Notes: generated by a model from the letters alone, not told the origin. A stretch of 64,000 bases of DNA from Phaeosaccion multiseriatum (GCA_965112735.1 OZ218953.1:4340001-4404000); one strand, 5' to 3'. Positions 48,268 through 61,729 are shown, counted from the first letter of the stretch. Numbers and translations are program-made.

Positions 48268-51200
48268 TCATGAATAATCTGTGTACACAAGAGACGATGA
48301 GGACAATTTCGTTCCCTCGTCCGCCAAGAGCGAAACGAAGGCTGACTCAGCAAGCCCTTCACCTGCATCAGTTGCCATACCCACCCCCACCCCGGCCCCC
48401 ACCCCCACCCCTCTGCTTGCTGTACATACAACGGGGACTTCCTCCTCCTCTTCCTCCTCCTCCTCCTCCTCCTCCTCCTCCTCCTCCTCCTCCTCCTCCT
48501 CCTCGAAAACAGCACCGCTTCTGCCTCTGCCAGTGCCACTGCCATGTGCGCTCCCTGCTACTGGCCCCGCCCCGCCCCCCGAGAGAGCTGGAGGAGCGGC
48601 AGCAACAGGAGCAGCAGCAGCAGCAGCAGCAGCAGCGGGAGGAGTGGGAGCAGCAGGGGCAGGAGCAGGAGGGCCGCTGGCGGAATCCGCGGCAAAGCCC
48701 TCTGCCGACGTCTCACCACCAGCATCATCCGACCCTGCTGATGAACCAACTGCTACTGTTACCGTCATTGCCGCCTCCGCTGCTGCGGCCGCCGCCGCCG
48801 CTGCTGCCTTTGCCCTGGCCTTTGCTGGCCCTCTTGGGCCCCTCGGTCTGGACTTTCCTGTCTTCAGCACAGCAGTAGGAGGGGTTTCACGGCTCTCGCT
48901 CTCGCCACCAGCGTTTGGCGATGACCCGTCTCCGGATGCACACTCGTCCGAGCTCGAAGCAGGACGGCTCCCCTCGCCCCCGCCCCTGGAGCCCTCCTCC
49001 TGCTCCTGTGGCGGTGTCTGATGCTGTGTTTGTGAGGGGTCCTTGCCAGTACCCGCTCCCCCCCCCCCTCCCCCTCCCCCTCCTCGTCCTCCTGTCGCTG
49101 GCCCCCAGCGCCCCCCCCTTTTGCACACCTTGACTCTCAGCTCTGTCGGGCCGTGTGCGAATATACATTTGCCCTTCTTCCTCATGGGGCACTCCTTCCC
49201 GCCGCTCTGCTCCCAGTGCCAACACAGCCGAGTTCGAAACTTTGGATCTTCCAAACCCTTTGCATTGTGGTGGCCCTTCTCTGGACCCTTCCTCTTGCCC
49301 GAACGTGCCCCACTCCTCCTCCCATCCACTCCAGCTGCCACCCCTCCCCTCTCCCACTGCTCGGAGTCTCTCCACCACCCTCTGCACCCAAGCTCTGCTG
49401 CCAATGCCGCTTTGCCCCCTTCCCATACAATCACTTGGCTCAAGTCTCGCCTCGGGCTGAGGTCTGATCTGGGGCTGAGGCTGAGGGGGCCGCCTAGGCC
49501 AGCGGGTCGAGTCACATCACTTCCTCCTCCATCCACTGCCATTGTCGTCGTCGCCAATGCTGTAGACTTGCCATAGGGAGGCAGCAGCAGCGAAGAGAGC
49601 TCTCCTTCTCCGTCCTCACCATCCCGAACCTTAGCATCCCTCGCATCGCTACCATCCATTGGAGAGGATGGTCCTCCGACCTCTCCTGCTGCTCCTGCCG
49701 CAAAGTCAGACCCTGTTGTCGCAGTGTCATCTTCAGCTTCGTCCTTCCCGTCGGACTGTCTCGTCCTGGACTCCCCTTGAGATACCTGTCTCTCATCGTC
49801 TCGCTTCTCCTCGCCCACAGTCTCGTCTTGTCCCACCCTCTCCTCCTTTGTCTCCTCCTCCCCGTCTTTTGCCCTACTCCTCTTGCTCTCTCCTCCCTCC
49901 TCCACCCCCCTCTCCTTAGCCCCTCTGCGGCCTCCTCCTCGTGGTCTCTTGAGAAGGAAAGCCTCCAGCTGCCCGGTCATCACCCCGTCCTGACTCCTGC
50001 CCTTGCCCTTACCCTTGCCCCCTCCTCCCTCCTCCCTGTTGGCAATTCGCCAGCAGTGCATGAGCAGGAGCGGAAACCTCTCCTCGAAGAAGCTCACCAT
50101 CCCCGACGGGAGAGGGCTGAGAAGGGCCTGGACTTCACTGGGCAGCTCGTGAAAGTGATGCCTGTCGATCCCGAAGAAAGGAAGGAAGGAAGGAAGGAAG
50201 GAAGGAAGGAAGGGGGCAGGAAGGAGGGCAGGGAAGAGTTGAGCATAGGACAAAGCCCGCCGTATCGAGCGAGGAGAAGGAGGTCAATACATGGCACGAG
50301 GGGCGACAAAGCAGCAGAAACGTCGTCGTCGTCGTCGTCGTCGTCGTCCTCCTCCTCCTCCTCCTCCTCCTCTACTGATGTGAAACCCAACTGCTGCTGT
50401 GATATCCCTCTGTCTTCTCTCACCTCTTGTTCCTGATGATCCTCAGCAGGTCTCTGACGCTGCTGACGTCGTACGTTCTGTACTTTCCTGCATCCCCCAT
50501 GAGCCCTCTCCCCAAGCGCGTGTCCCATGCCCTCCCCACGACATCGCTGGCCCGCCCCTCTAGCTGGAGTAGCAGAGGAGACTGCAGCGAGAGCTCCTGG
50601 TAAGTCAGGACGAAGAGAGAGGCAGCAAGAAGAGGCGGGAGGGCGAGCGAGAGATACATATTATCCGGTAAGCAACAAGACGAGGTGCTCCTTGCCGGAG
50701 ATGGAAGCGCGGGAGAAAGAGCTAGAGAGAGGGAGAGAGAGACAGAGACAGAGACAGACATAGAGAGAGAAGGAGAGCTCAAGAGCTGTCTTGCTCCCCT
50801 ACCTGCTCGAGTCGGTCCGAGAACTCCACAAGGAAGGACAATCTCTTGTGCGCGTCCCAGAAGAAAGGATGCCGACACACCTCCTCCGCAGAGGGGCGCA
50901 TGTCTGGGTCTGTGTGAGACATGATGCGCACAAGATCGGCGGCGTCTGGGAGGTGCTCGAGATGAGAGAGGAGAGGCGCCACTCCCTGTGCTCATGTAAG
51001 TAACAAGGGAGGAAGGATGGAAGGAAGGAAGGAAGGAAGGAAGGAAGGAAGGAAGAAAGGAAGGAAGAAAGAGGGAGGGGAAGGAGGGAGGGAGAAGGAG
51101 GGACGGAGGGGAAGGAGAGGAGGGAGGGGAAGGAGCGGAGGGAAGGGAGAGGCGAGCGTGCATCGAAAATGGAGGGTGGACATGAAAGGAGAAGGGCAAG

Positions 51201-54200
51201 GGGGGGAGAGGATGCTGAGTTGTGAGAGGATGTGTGTGCGTGCGTCGCCCAGGCGTACACACCACCTCGGCTGAATAAACGAACGCCTGTGGCCAACGTG
51301 AGTGCGTGGACACAGAGAGCAAGAGCAAGAGAGTAAACTGCCTCTCTCTCCGTTTTCTTTTCGTTCCTCGCCTTGTCCCTCTCCCTTCCCCCCGCTCTCT
51401 CTTTCTCTCTCTCCCGTCATGCCTCCCCTTCCCTTCTCTCTCTCCCACCCCCCTCCCCCCCCCCTCTCCCCTCCTCTTCTCTCCCCTCCCCTCCCACTCT
51501 TTGCCTCTTACCTTGACGATATTCCTCTCCCTCTCGTACCACTCCCCAAAGGGATGCATGCCCGGCACCATACAGAAGTAAAATATGCACCCCAAGGAGA
51601 ACATGTCCGCAGCTTGCGCCCTCCTCGAAGGCGAGCAAGTAGAGGGGGTGATGCCCCTCCCTCCTCCTCCTCCCCCTCCTCGTCCTTCTGTCCCTGCTGA
51701 TAGTGCCCCATCACCCTCCCCTTTTCCTTCCCCTCCCCCTTCCCTTTCCTCATCTTCTGCAGGCGCTGCTTTAATATCTTCCAGCAAGCCTCCGTTCTCG
51801 TGCCCTCCCACCCCCGCACGCATCTTAGCAGCCACCACCTCCGGCGCCTGCCAACCTGTGAATTTTTAACCATGAAAACATGTCAGAAAGAGACTTACGC
51901 ATGAAGAATGGAACCGAACATACTAACTGACCTACGCTTCCGATGGCGCCCCCCGCAGATGCCGCCCCTGCTGCCTCTCCCTCGCTGCTGCTATTCTGCT
52001 GCTGCGGGGGTCGCCCTCCTCCTGTGCCCCCTAGGCTGCTGAGTCCTGTAGTCCCGCCGAGTCCTCCCCCCCCATTGGTCCCGAGCAGGCCGGATTGGTG
52101 ACCAAGCGAGGAGAGGCCGAAGCTGCTCTGGCCTGCCAACAGCTGCTTGCCTAGACCTGTGTGCGAGATGTAGACAAAGGAGGACCGAGACGAAAAGGCT
52201 CGGGAGTGAGTGAGTGAATTGGTGCGTGAGGAGGTGTCCGCCGTGTGTAATCCATAGTTACCTCCCTCACGCACAGAGACACTCGGACGAGGTGTGAGTG
52301 TGAGTGTGAGTGTGAGTGTGAGTGTAAGCGTCGTGACACGTCCTGCCCTGTCCTATTCTGCCCATGCATTCATTCGCTCGCCCTCTCTCCCCCACCCAAT
52401 GAGATACTTGGTACTACGAAGTACTACATACTCACCCATGTCAGATATCTTGATATCGAAGTGGTCCAGATCCTCGATACTTGTGAATTGCGTCAACTCA
52501 CGAGCCCTATCAGTACTGCCGTCGACGCTCAGTCCACCCCCATCTGCGGCCTCTGTTGTTGTAGTGGAGCTCTTTTGTCGAGATTTCCTGGCCAGGAGGA
52601 GATTCTGCGGCTTGAGGTCTCTATGTACCTGTGTTGGTCATTCACGAGAACGAGACCAGACACAGCAGCAGTAGCAGCAGCAGCAGCAGCAACAGGGACA
52701 AGCCACACAGAGGGCGAGAGAGTGAGAGAGAGAGAGAGTGAAAGAGAGTCAGAGAGAGAGACAGAGAGAGATTCAGAGAGTGAGAGTCAGAGAGAGAGAG
52801 AGTCAAAGAAAGAGAGTCAGAGAGAGAGTGAAAGAGAGGCAGAGAGAGAGGCAGAGAGAGTCAGAGAGAGAGAGGAGGGGTATGCAAAGAAAACACTTGA
52901 CATGCGCCGATAGGCTTGTGCGTTGTACCCTCCGGGAGGCAGGTGCAGTAACTTACAATCCTCAGCGAATGCAGGTGCTTAACCCCCTGGGCAAGCTGAA
53001 GGAGGGCCGCCCGAAGCGCCGGAGGGGCCCGCGCATTCACTCCTCCAGATAAGGCCAACGGGAGGGAAGGGGGGGGGCTGCCAAGATGCTCCTCCCCGGA
53101 CGCGGAGCCTGGCACCACGGACCCCTCCTTCTCCTGGCGTTGTTGCTGCTGCTGTTGTTGCTGCTGTATCACCAACTGCTGCTGTTGAGGGTGTCGGCGA
53201 GAGTGCTCTCTCACCTGCGCAATAGCCGCGTACAGCGAAATGTCGCAGAGCTGCAGGGCAAGGTACACGAACTCACCCGCCGCCTCACGGACAAAGTACC
53301 TAGGAGGAGGAGGAGGAGGAGGGGGGGGGGGAGGGGGAGGAGGAGGAGGAGGAGGAGGAGGAGGAGGAGGAGAGGGGGGGGGGGATGAGGAGGTGGTGGA
53401 GGGGGGGGGGAAAGAACGAAGAGGGGAGGAGGAGGAGTGAGGAGGCGGAGCGAGGAGGAGGAGTATTCATCACAAGAGAGAGAGTAAGGCATGCGCAATG
53501 ACAATATGGACTTGGGCCGTTCGACCTTGCGTTCGGCCCTCAACGCGGGAAGGGAAGAACCCCTCCCTGCCTCTCCCCCTCACTCCCTCCCTCCCTCCCT
53601 CCCCTCACTCGCTCACTCACTCTCACTTACTTACTCCCTCCCTCCCCCTCTCCCCTCTCTCTCTCCCTCCATCCCTCCCCCCTTCCCTCCCTCCCCCCCC
53701 TCTCTCTCTCTCACGCACCTTACGACGTTGGGATGTCCGTCGCTCTCAATGAGGAGGGAGATCTCCCGATCGGCCTGCGCATGAAAGGCCCTAAGCATCC
53801 TCTTGACTGCAACCTTACGCCCCTCCAGGAGTCCCTCGTACACAACGGTACCTTAAGGGGGGGGGGGGAGTCAGTGAAAGGGGAGGGGAGAGTGAGTGAG
53901 TCAATGAGTGAGGGCGTGAGTGCGTGAGGGAGGGAGTGGGTGAGTGAGTGAGTGAGTGAATGAGAGAGGGGGTGAGTATGTGAGTGTGTGAGTGAGTGAG
54001 TGAGTGAGTTGAGTGAGTGAGTGGGAGAGTGAGTGAGTGAGTGAGTGAGAGAGTGAGTGATCGGGTGGGGGAGTTAGTGAGTGAGTGAGTGAGTGAGTGG
54101 GTTAGTGAGTGGGTTAGTGAGTCAGTGGTTGAGTGAGTGAGTGAGTGAGAGAGTGAGCGAGTGGGTGAGGGTGTGAGTGGGTGAGTGAGGGAGTGAGTGA

Positions 54201-57200
54201 GGGAGTGAGTGAGTGAGTGGGTGGGTGGTTGAGTGAGTGATTGAGGGAGTGAATGAGTGAGTGGGTGAGTGGATGAATGAGTGAGTGAGTGGGTCATTTC
54301 ATTGAGGGTCGGAGTGAGTGACTGAGTGGGTGGGTGAGCGAGTGAGCGAGTCAGTGCGAGAGTGAGTAAGTGAGTGAGTAAGTGAGTGAGTGAGTGAGTG
54401 AGTGAGTGAGTGAGTGAGTGAGTGGGCGAGTGGGTGGTTGGTGACTTGTGGCCAGTGTGAGCAAATTGACGACTCACCGTGGCTGCCGAAGCCCAGCACC
54501 TTCTCCGTCACCGCAAGCACCCCGACACGAAGAATGCCATGTTCAGTCACAACAACGGTGGCACCTGTGCCGGCGTTTCCACCTGCTCCCACACCCGTCC
54601 CACCGCCACCACCACCAACAAGACCACTGCTGCTACCGCTGCTGCTGTTGTTAAAGGCTTCCGCAGCAGCGCTACCATCGATGGTGCTGTGGCTTGCTCC
54701 TGTGCCTACACTCCGGCCCCACCACGAGTGTACACTCGAACTCGAGTGTTCTCCAACGCTGGGGCCCAAAAAATACGGCCCGTGCATGACGCCCTCCTCC
54801 CCGACCCACCACTCCACACAGCGCACAACGAGGTTGTACGTGCGCTTCCCGTCCACCCATATCATCAACACGAGCAGCGCGAGGCCAAGGGTGAGCATGT
54901 TCAGAGCCCTGCCCACAATTGCGAAGAAGTTGGCCCCGCCTTTGTATTGGTCACCGTATCCATACGGAAAGCCGAGGCTGTGTGGTGAGTGCCTTGTGTC
55001 CAAGCTGCCCTCCCCCTCCTGCCCCTTTTGGGTGAGGTCCCGATCATTGCCACCACCACCAGTAGCACCCGCACCACCGCCACCAGATAACTTGCCGCCT
55101 CCGAGGACTGAGGTGTCACCGCCGCTTCCCCCAATTCCCATGAGCGGCTTTAAGCTGTACACATATGTACCATCCTGACCCGTCCGCGGCGAGGATGGAG
55201 GCGGATACACACCCACGAGGCAGGAGGGAAAGTCCGAATGCCCAATGCGACAATTACCACCACCTTTTCCTCCCGAACCACCACCACTACCACCAACCCG
55301 GTGGTCTATAACCCCGCTCCCCCCTCCAACAGCCCCCCCCCCCCTCCTCCTCCTCCTCCTCCTCCTCCTCCTCCTCCTCCCCCTGCTCCTCCTCCTCCTC
55401 CTCCCCCTGCTCCCCCTCCTGCTCCTCCACCTCCTCCGCTTACTCCTCCGCCGGGCAATGTGCTGTCTCTCGAGTGCCCAGACACATGTCCCAATGCGTC
55501 TCCTCCTTCCTCCTTCCCCGCCGGGGGCCCGAGGTGTCCGTGAGTGCCTCCCACAGAGGGTAATAGTGATTGAGTGTGGCTATGCCGCGGCGCGCCTGCA
55601 CTCCCGTGTGCGGCACTTCCATGGGCCCCGCTGCCTCTCGAGCTTGGGACTCCTGCACCCATTGGAAACCCTCCACTTCCCCCAATCCCGTCGGCAGAAC
55701 TAATGCTGCTGCTGCCGGTAGCGGTGCCCGTGGTGCTGCTGCTCGTGCTACTGCTACCGAGGCTACTACTCCCGTGACCACCCCCTCCCTCTCCCTCGAA
55801 CCCGTCTCCGTCGTTGAAGAGCATGGCGTACAGCTGCCCGCCTTCCAACATACCAACTGCCACACCCACCCGGCTAAGCCCCGCCGGTGGGGTGTACACG
55901 AGTGGAAGACGCTTGGCAATCGCACCGCCACTGCTACTGTCGCTGCCGCTACTACTGTCGCCGCCCCTGCTGCTGCCAGAGGACGGCACAGACTCGATAG
56001 TGTCACTGTCCTTTCCCAAGACCTCTCGGACAAGCTCAGCGGCGGAAGCGCCGTCCTCGTTGTGGCCGCTCTCGCCACTCTCGCCTTCCGTTCGTGTCGT
56101 CGTCTTTGGGGCAAGGACATTGAAAACGGCAGTGACAGGCGTATCGAAAGAGGCTTCCCACCCGCCACCGAAAGCCAATCTGCTGCTGCTACTGTTGCCA
56201 CTTGCATCCACCATCCCGCCGAACCGGAACAGCCCGTTTGGTGTGGAGAGGGACGGAGGCGGAGGGGTGGGCGAGAGACGAGCAGCCCTCTCTTCCTCGA
56301 AGGAAAAGTGGGCCCCTGTGCCGCCGGTAGAAGAAGAAGAAGTAGTAGTAGAAGGAGAAGAATGGGCTGTGGCAAGAAGGGCGGGGGCGGCCCCGGCCCC
56401 GGGCGGAAGAGCCCCTGTTGTGGAAGATGGTGCTGCTGCCAAGACCTCTCCGTCCTCCTCCTTGAACTCTACAAACTCCGAGCTCGTCATGCTCCACAGC
56501 TCCTCTCCCGAGCTCAAGTCAAAGGCGGTGACTGTGTACACCACGCGCCCCATCCAGAGAGTGCCATCCACATTGTTTTGCTGGGAGGAGGGCGGGCACG
56601 GGAAGGAAAGGGAGAGAAAAACAAAAACAACACAAAACAAAACAGTAAATGAGGAGAAAGGCACCAACAAGCTCCACCCTTAAAAAAGATTCACTCATAT
56701 ACCTGTTGCAAGAGTCTTCGCTGCGCTTGCAGGCTCTCCAGATTGAGCCCCGACAGGACCTGCCGCAAGTGGCCGCCATCGATGGACAAGCCATAAGCGG
56801 TCGCCGCTACGGTGCCAGTGTACAGGGGGCCTGAGCCACCAGGGGCCAGATATGGAGTCCGCTCGACGAGCTCTCTGGCATTGAGGCCGAGTCGCTGCAG
56901 CGCCTGCCCACGCCCGCCTCCTCCCACGTGAACCAGCATGCTCCCGTCCAGCGCAGGGATGAGCCAGCGTTTGCTCTCCAGGGTGCCTGGCACGCGCTGG
57001 AACGTCTGCACGAGGGGGTCACCAGTAGGGAAAGTCCACAAAAATGCGCCCGTGGATGCCTCGAGGGCGTGCAGAGCGCCGTCCAAGGTACCAACCACGA
57101 GGATACGGTCCTTGTCGTCCTTGTCACGGCCCTCGTCTTGGTACGGCTCTCGGCCCCCATCGTCCAGTGCTGCTACTGCTGCTGCCCCTCCTTCTTCCCC

Positions 57201-57533
57201 TCTTTTCTGCTCCGCCCTCTTGTGCGCAGCAGAGTGCTGGAGGTGATCGGCATTCCAATCTTTACTCCTCGCACTACTGCTTCCGCTGCTCTGCAACTCC
57301 CCCTTGGCGCCAAACACCACCGGCTCTAGGCGAGAAACCGGCTCCACCCCGCCGTGGTCCGCCCCCAGCTCAGCAGGCAGAGCCTCCACCGCCCCCGCCA
57401 AGAGCAGCCCCAGCAGGACAAGCCGCCGCCTCCGCCCTCCTCGCGACCGGGGCCTGCAGCCGCCGCAGCAGGCGCCCACCACGCCTGCCACACCGCGGCT
57501 GCTGCTCTGCGGTCTATCCCCTTCGTCACCCAT
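48268..57533 (-). CDS. IRE1: IRE1 kinase/endoribonuclease with a C-terminal CCCH zinc finger, multi-exon (apparent 1-nt frameshift at G-run 55333-55344)
   Basis: Signal-like LVLLGLLLAGA, luminal VGTLDGALHALEASTGAFLW, TM LTLGLALLVLMIW. Kinase motifs VLGFGSHG, VAVKRML, ESDGHPNVVR, VHRDLKPQN, KISDMGLGKQL, WQAPE, DMFSLGC. KEN RNase HPFFW...SDRLE, YRTY...SVRDLLRIIRNKRHHFHEL. Confidence 0.96.
53890..54425. repeat. Degenerate (GTGA)n repeat filling an IRE1 intron
   Basis: Directly visible, about 530 bp. Confidence 0.95.
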
Positions 57534-57934
57534 CAGGGTAATGGAATCTCATGGACAGAGGAGCGTCTGTGGAACGAGACTCTATGCTCTTCCTCTCTTT
57601 ACAAAAAAAAAGAAGACGAGTGCCCACCAAGGGGGCCCAACCCAAAGCAATTTTGTAATTTTGTTGGGTTACGTTTTCCCAGGGGGGGGGGGTGACAGCA
57701 GCCTGAAAACCTACCTTTGGGGGAGCAGCAACTGCGAAGCGTCAATTTGTAGCCGAAGGTCCCACAGTGGCATTCCAAGGTATACACACCGCCAGAGTTG
57801 TGCTTTATTGTTCACAAACAGCAGTAGGGGGAGGCAGGAGTAGGGGGGGGGCAGACGAAGGAAGGCTGCACGGGCGCTTGTCGAACGTGCGTACGTGGAA
57901 AGTTTCTTCTCAAGTGGAAAAGGAGTTGGGAAGG
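57534..57934. promoter_or_regulatory. Putative bidirectional promoter between IRE1 and the RWP-RK gene
   Basis: About 400 bp separates the divergent start codons. Confidence 0.5.
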
Positions 57935-60900
57935 ATGATGGAGGGGGCCTCTTGGACTGCTAGGGCCGTTCCCGCCTCAGCCGATGCGGCGAGTCTACTG
58001 GCCATCAAGTCACCACGGAAGCAACAACAGCATCAGCACCTGCAAGGCAGCAGCAGTGTGGGCAACGGCACGGATGGTCCCCGGGGTGCGAGAAAGGCAG
58101 CAGCAGCGGGGGGAGGGGCAGCGGGCGGGGCAGACAAGTTGGTGGCGCCAGTCGGAGGGGGAGGGCAGAAGGAGGGGGGCAAGGAAGAGGCGCCGCGGCA
58201 GCAGCAAAACGGGGCTGCGGACAAGAAGGGCGGGGTAGGCGACATCGGCGACTCTTCAAGTTGCAAAACTGGAGAGGAGGCAGAGAACAGGGACCCCAGT
58301 GAAGAAGCGGGGGGCAGCCCTGGAGGCGAGCTGGGGGTGCTGCCAGGCGGGCCATCGGACGATAAGCCGCCTTCCTCTTCGGTCCCGGCCTCCGCCACCG
58401 CCAAGGCTGGAGCTCCCGCTGCTGTTTCGCCGGTGAATCGCAGTTATACAGGAAGTGGGCATGGTGAGTCACCCTCCTCGGGGAAGGCGAGCAGCCCGAC
58501 CGCCCCAGCCATAGATGGTAAGGGAGAGGAGGGAGGGATGGAGAACGGCGGGCGCGACGACATCAACAGTGACGGGGAGCAGAGGAGCGAACAAGGGCCA
58601 AAGGAAGCAGCAGACTCGGTGCGTACGTCACCGTCTGCCTCTCCCGATAGAAGTCGTGCCGCTGCTGCTGGTGGTGGTGGTGGTGGTGGTGGTGCTGCTG
58701 CTGCTGGTGGTGGTGGTGATGGTGGGGCAGGTGCAGATGCAGGTGCAGGCAAGGAAGGAGAAACGACGTCCGCCAAGGGGGGGGGAGGAGAGTCGAAGGA
58801 AGTGTTGGAGAAGGCGGATACCTCCGGCCCAGCAAGCTCGGCGGACAAGGCCACTGATGGCAGCAGCAACAAGCGGCCCTCCCCAACGACGGGAGTGAGC
58901 AAGTTGGAAAGCTTAGCAGCAGCGGCGGCGGCAGGAGAAGAGGAAGATCGAAGGTCGGGTGAGGTCCAGTCAAGTCATGAGTCGGCCCTCTTGCAGGGCA
59001 TGCGAGACGCTTCTGCCCACAGCCTGCAGCAGCACCCGCGAGCCTCCTTGTCCGTCATGCCGGGACACCCCGCCCCGCCAATGATGGGCCTTCCGGGGAA
59101 TCACACCATGCTGCGGCAGGTACCGCAAGGGACGACCGAGGGCCTCGTAGCAGCGGCGGCAGCAGCATCCGCATCACAACAGCCCTACAGGAGCAAGAAG
59201 CGTAAGGCCTCGTCTCAATTGGACAAGGAAGAGACCGGCTCAAGCGCCGGTAGCAGCGACAGCGACGAGGACGACGACCATGGCGGCGGGGGGGGTCGTG
59301 GGCGTGGCAATGAACGTGTCCCTGCTGGTGGTGTTGCTGCTTCACTGCCGACCACGACAGCCAGCTCTGCTCTGGGCGGAAGCGGCTCAAAGGGACCGGC
59401 CACGAGTGTTGGAGGCGCAGCAGGAGACAGTGGGGGGGTGGGCGCGGTACCCAAGAAGTGCAAACGGGGCTTTAGTACGAGTGTCAAGCTGGAGGAGCTG
59501 CAAGCGTACTTCGAACACCCCATTGGGGAGGTGAGCAGGATCCTCGGGGTTAGCACCACAATCATTAAGCGCCTGTGCAGGAAGTTTGGCATCAAGCGCT
59601 GGCCATATCGACAGATACACAGCGTCAACAAGAGCATTCGGTACGTCAACCTGCGGTGCTTCCACCTTCCCCGCGTACAGCACTCCTCACAGTTGTTAGA
59701 GCTATGGATGGGCCTCGGGTCTTCTGTTTGCCACACTGCACGCTACACGCTTCTCTTTCTCATCTCGCAACTTCATGCTTCATCCTCCATCCTCCCTCGT
59801 CACTCGAAGCTCAACGCATCAAAGCGACTGCGCTGACCCCTCCCTCCCTCCCTCCCTCCCTCCCTCCCTCCTTTCTTTCTGTCTTCCTCCTTCTCCCTAC
59901 TCCTTTCCGACTAATAATAACAGGTATGTTGAGCTCCTCGCCCGAACGGCCAGCAACAATGACCGCCAACGCCTGTCCGACCAGCTCATGAGCCTCCACT
60001 ACAAGAAGCAGCTCATCTGCCAGGCGGCCACCAATGGCGCTTCTTCCAAGGTGCGCAAGAGTATCTTGCAAATGCGCCCCGAGGACATTAACGAAGAAGC
60101 TCTGCGGGTAAGTCACGGACGTTGGCTTTGCCACGCTTCCTACTTAGCGTCTTTCAAAAAGACAAAAGAAAGTGTTATCTCTATTAGATCTGACACAGTG
60201 TGTGCGAGGCAATGAACACTACGCAGGTCGTTCCTAATCAACCCGTTTCGCATGTGCTCCTTCCTTGCTTCATTCTTCCTTCCACCCCTTCCTTCCACCA
60301 TTTCACCACCTCTCAGCAGGCCTCTTCGATGATGATGAACAAAATAGGGACAAAGCCGCCCTCCGCGGCGGGGGGTATTGGTGATGTATCAAGCGCGGCT
60401 GTTGCTGCCGCTGCCGCTGCTGCCGCTGCTGCCGGCGGCCAGGGTCTCGGCGACCCTCAGTCAGGGGCAGCTCGTGCCTTGCCCGGCGCTTACCTCCCCT
60501 CTGCGCATGTTGGAGGCCATCCGCATGGCATACCTGGCGTGCCCCACCCCGGCCACGGTTATATGATGATGGCCAATCCGGCCGTACAGTCAGGGCCAGG
60601 GAGGGGCCAGGGAGGGGCGGAGGCTAGCGCTGCGGGAGGAGCGGGTGGTGTTGGGGGTGGTGGGGGGGGGGGGGGGGCAGGAGGAGGCCCAGGAGGAGTG
60701 ACACCACCGCCACCAGGGTCTTCACACGAAGCCATGTTGCAGCACCAAATGCAGCAAATGGGAGGTGCCGGCCCACCGGGGGCTGTCTTTCCCATGGGGG
60801 CGGGGTACCCACCCATGTATCAAATGTACCCCGGGATGGGTGGCTATGGCGGAATGGGGCTTGATATGGGAGTCATGGCTGCGGCGCAGCAGCAACAGCA

Positions 60901-61729
60901 GCAGCAAGGCCTGATGGGTATGCCATACGGGTCCTACATGAACAACGCCCAGATGAATTTCCTGTACGGGCCCCCGGGCATGGCTTACCCTGGGATGGAA
61001 CACATGTCCCCTCACCGGCAGCCCGGCTTGGGGGGAGGAGGAGGAGGAGGAGGAGGAGGAGGAGGAGGAGGAGGCGGCGGCGGCTTACCGGCGAGGCTAG
61101 ACCTCGACGGGAGTCGTGGCGCGGGCGGGCCGCCCAATTTTTCTCAGATGGGCTCGGCCGGCCTCCCCGGGCATCCCAGCTTTGGCCTCATGGCGGCTTC
61201 AGCAGGAGGGCTCCCTGCGCCAGGAGCGGCGGGTGGTGGTGGTGGGCGGTATCACGGCAGCGTCGGAGGGGCAGTAGGAGGAGGAGGGATGGCACCGGCG
61301 GCGGCGCAACACGTGGGGTTGGCAGGTCTGGCGCCGAACATGGCACCCAATATGCCTCCCAACGGGCTGCTCGGTGGAAGTCTGCAACCGATGGGCAATG
61401 GCAACAGTATCGGTCTCGGCAGCAGTCATCCGGGGATGGGAGGAGGTACCCCGGGGGGAGCCGCCTCAGGGGGGAGTCTACCACCACCGCAGCCAACGGG
61501 TGCTGACTTGACGTCGGCGGGCGGAATTGGGAGGGGAGGGCAGCAGGGGCAGGGGCAGGGGCAGGGGCAGCAGCCAGCGGGTTCTCCGGTCCGACCACCC
61601 GCAGCACCTGGGCCTGTGGGAGGAGGGGGCAGCCCGGTGGGGTCGGGTCCGAGCGTGCCTTCTGTACATCTTGGTTCTGCGCCTGTCCGGGGGGGTGGAG
61701 CAGCGGCAGCAGCGGCAGGGGGAGCCTGA
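57935..61729 (+). CDS. RWP-RK domain transcription factor (exons ~57935-59640, 59924-60107, 60319-61729)
   Basis: VKLEELQAYFEHPIGEVSRILGVSTTIIKRLCRKFGIKRWPYRQIHSV; GT-AG introns; long G/P/M/Q-rich C-terminus. Confidence 0.92.

Noticed and set aside
57935-61729. RWP-RK mRNA as the IRE1 unconventional-splicing target
   Set aside because: Its introns are canonical GT-AG, I found no convincing twin CNGCAG stem-loops, and known targets are bZIP factors.
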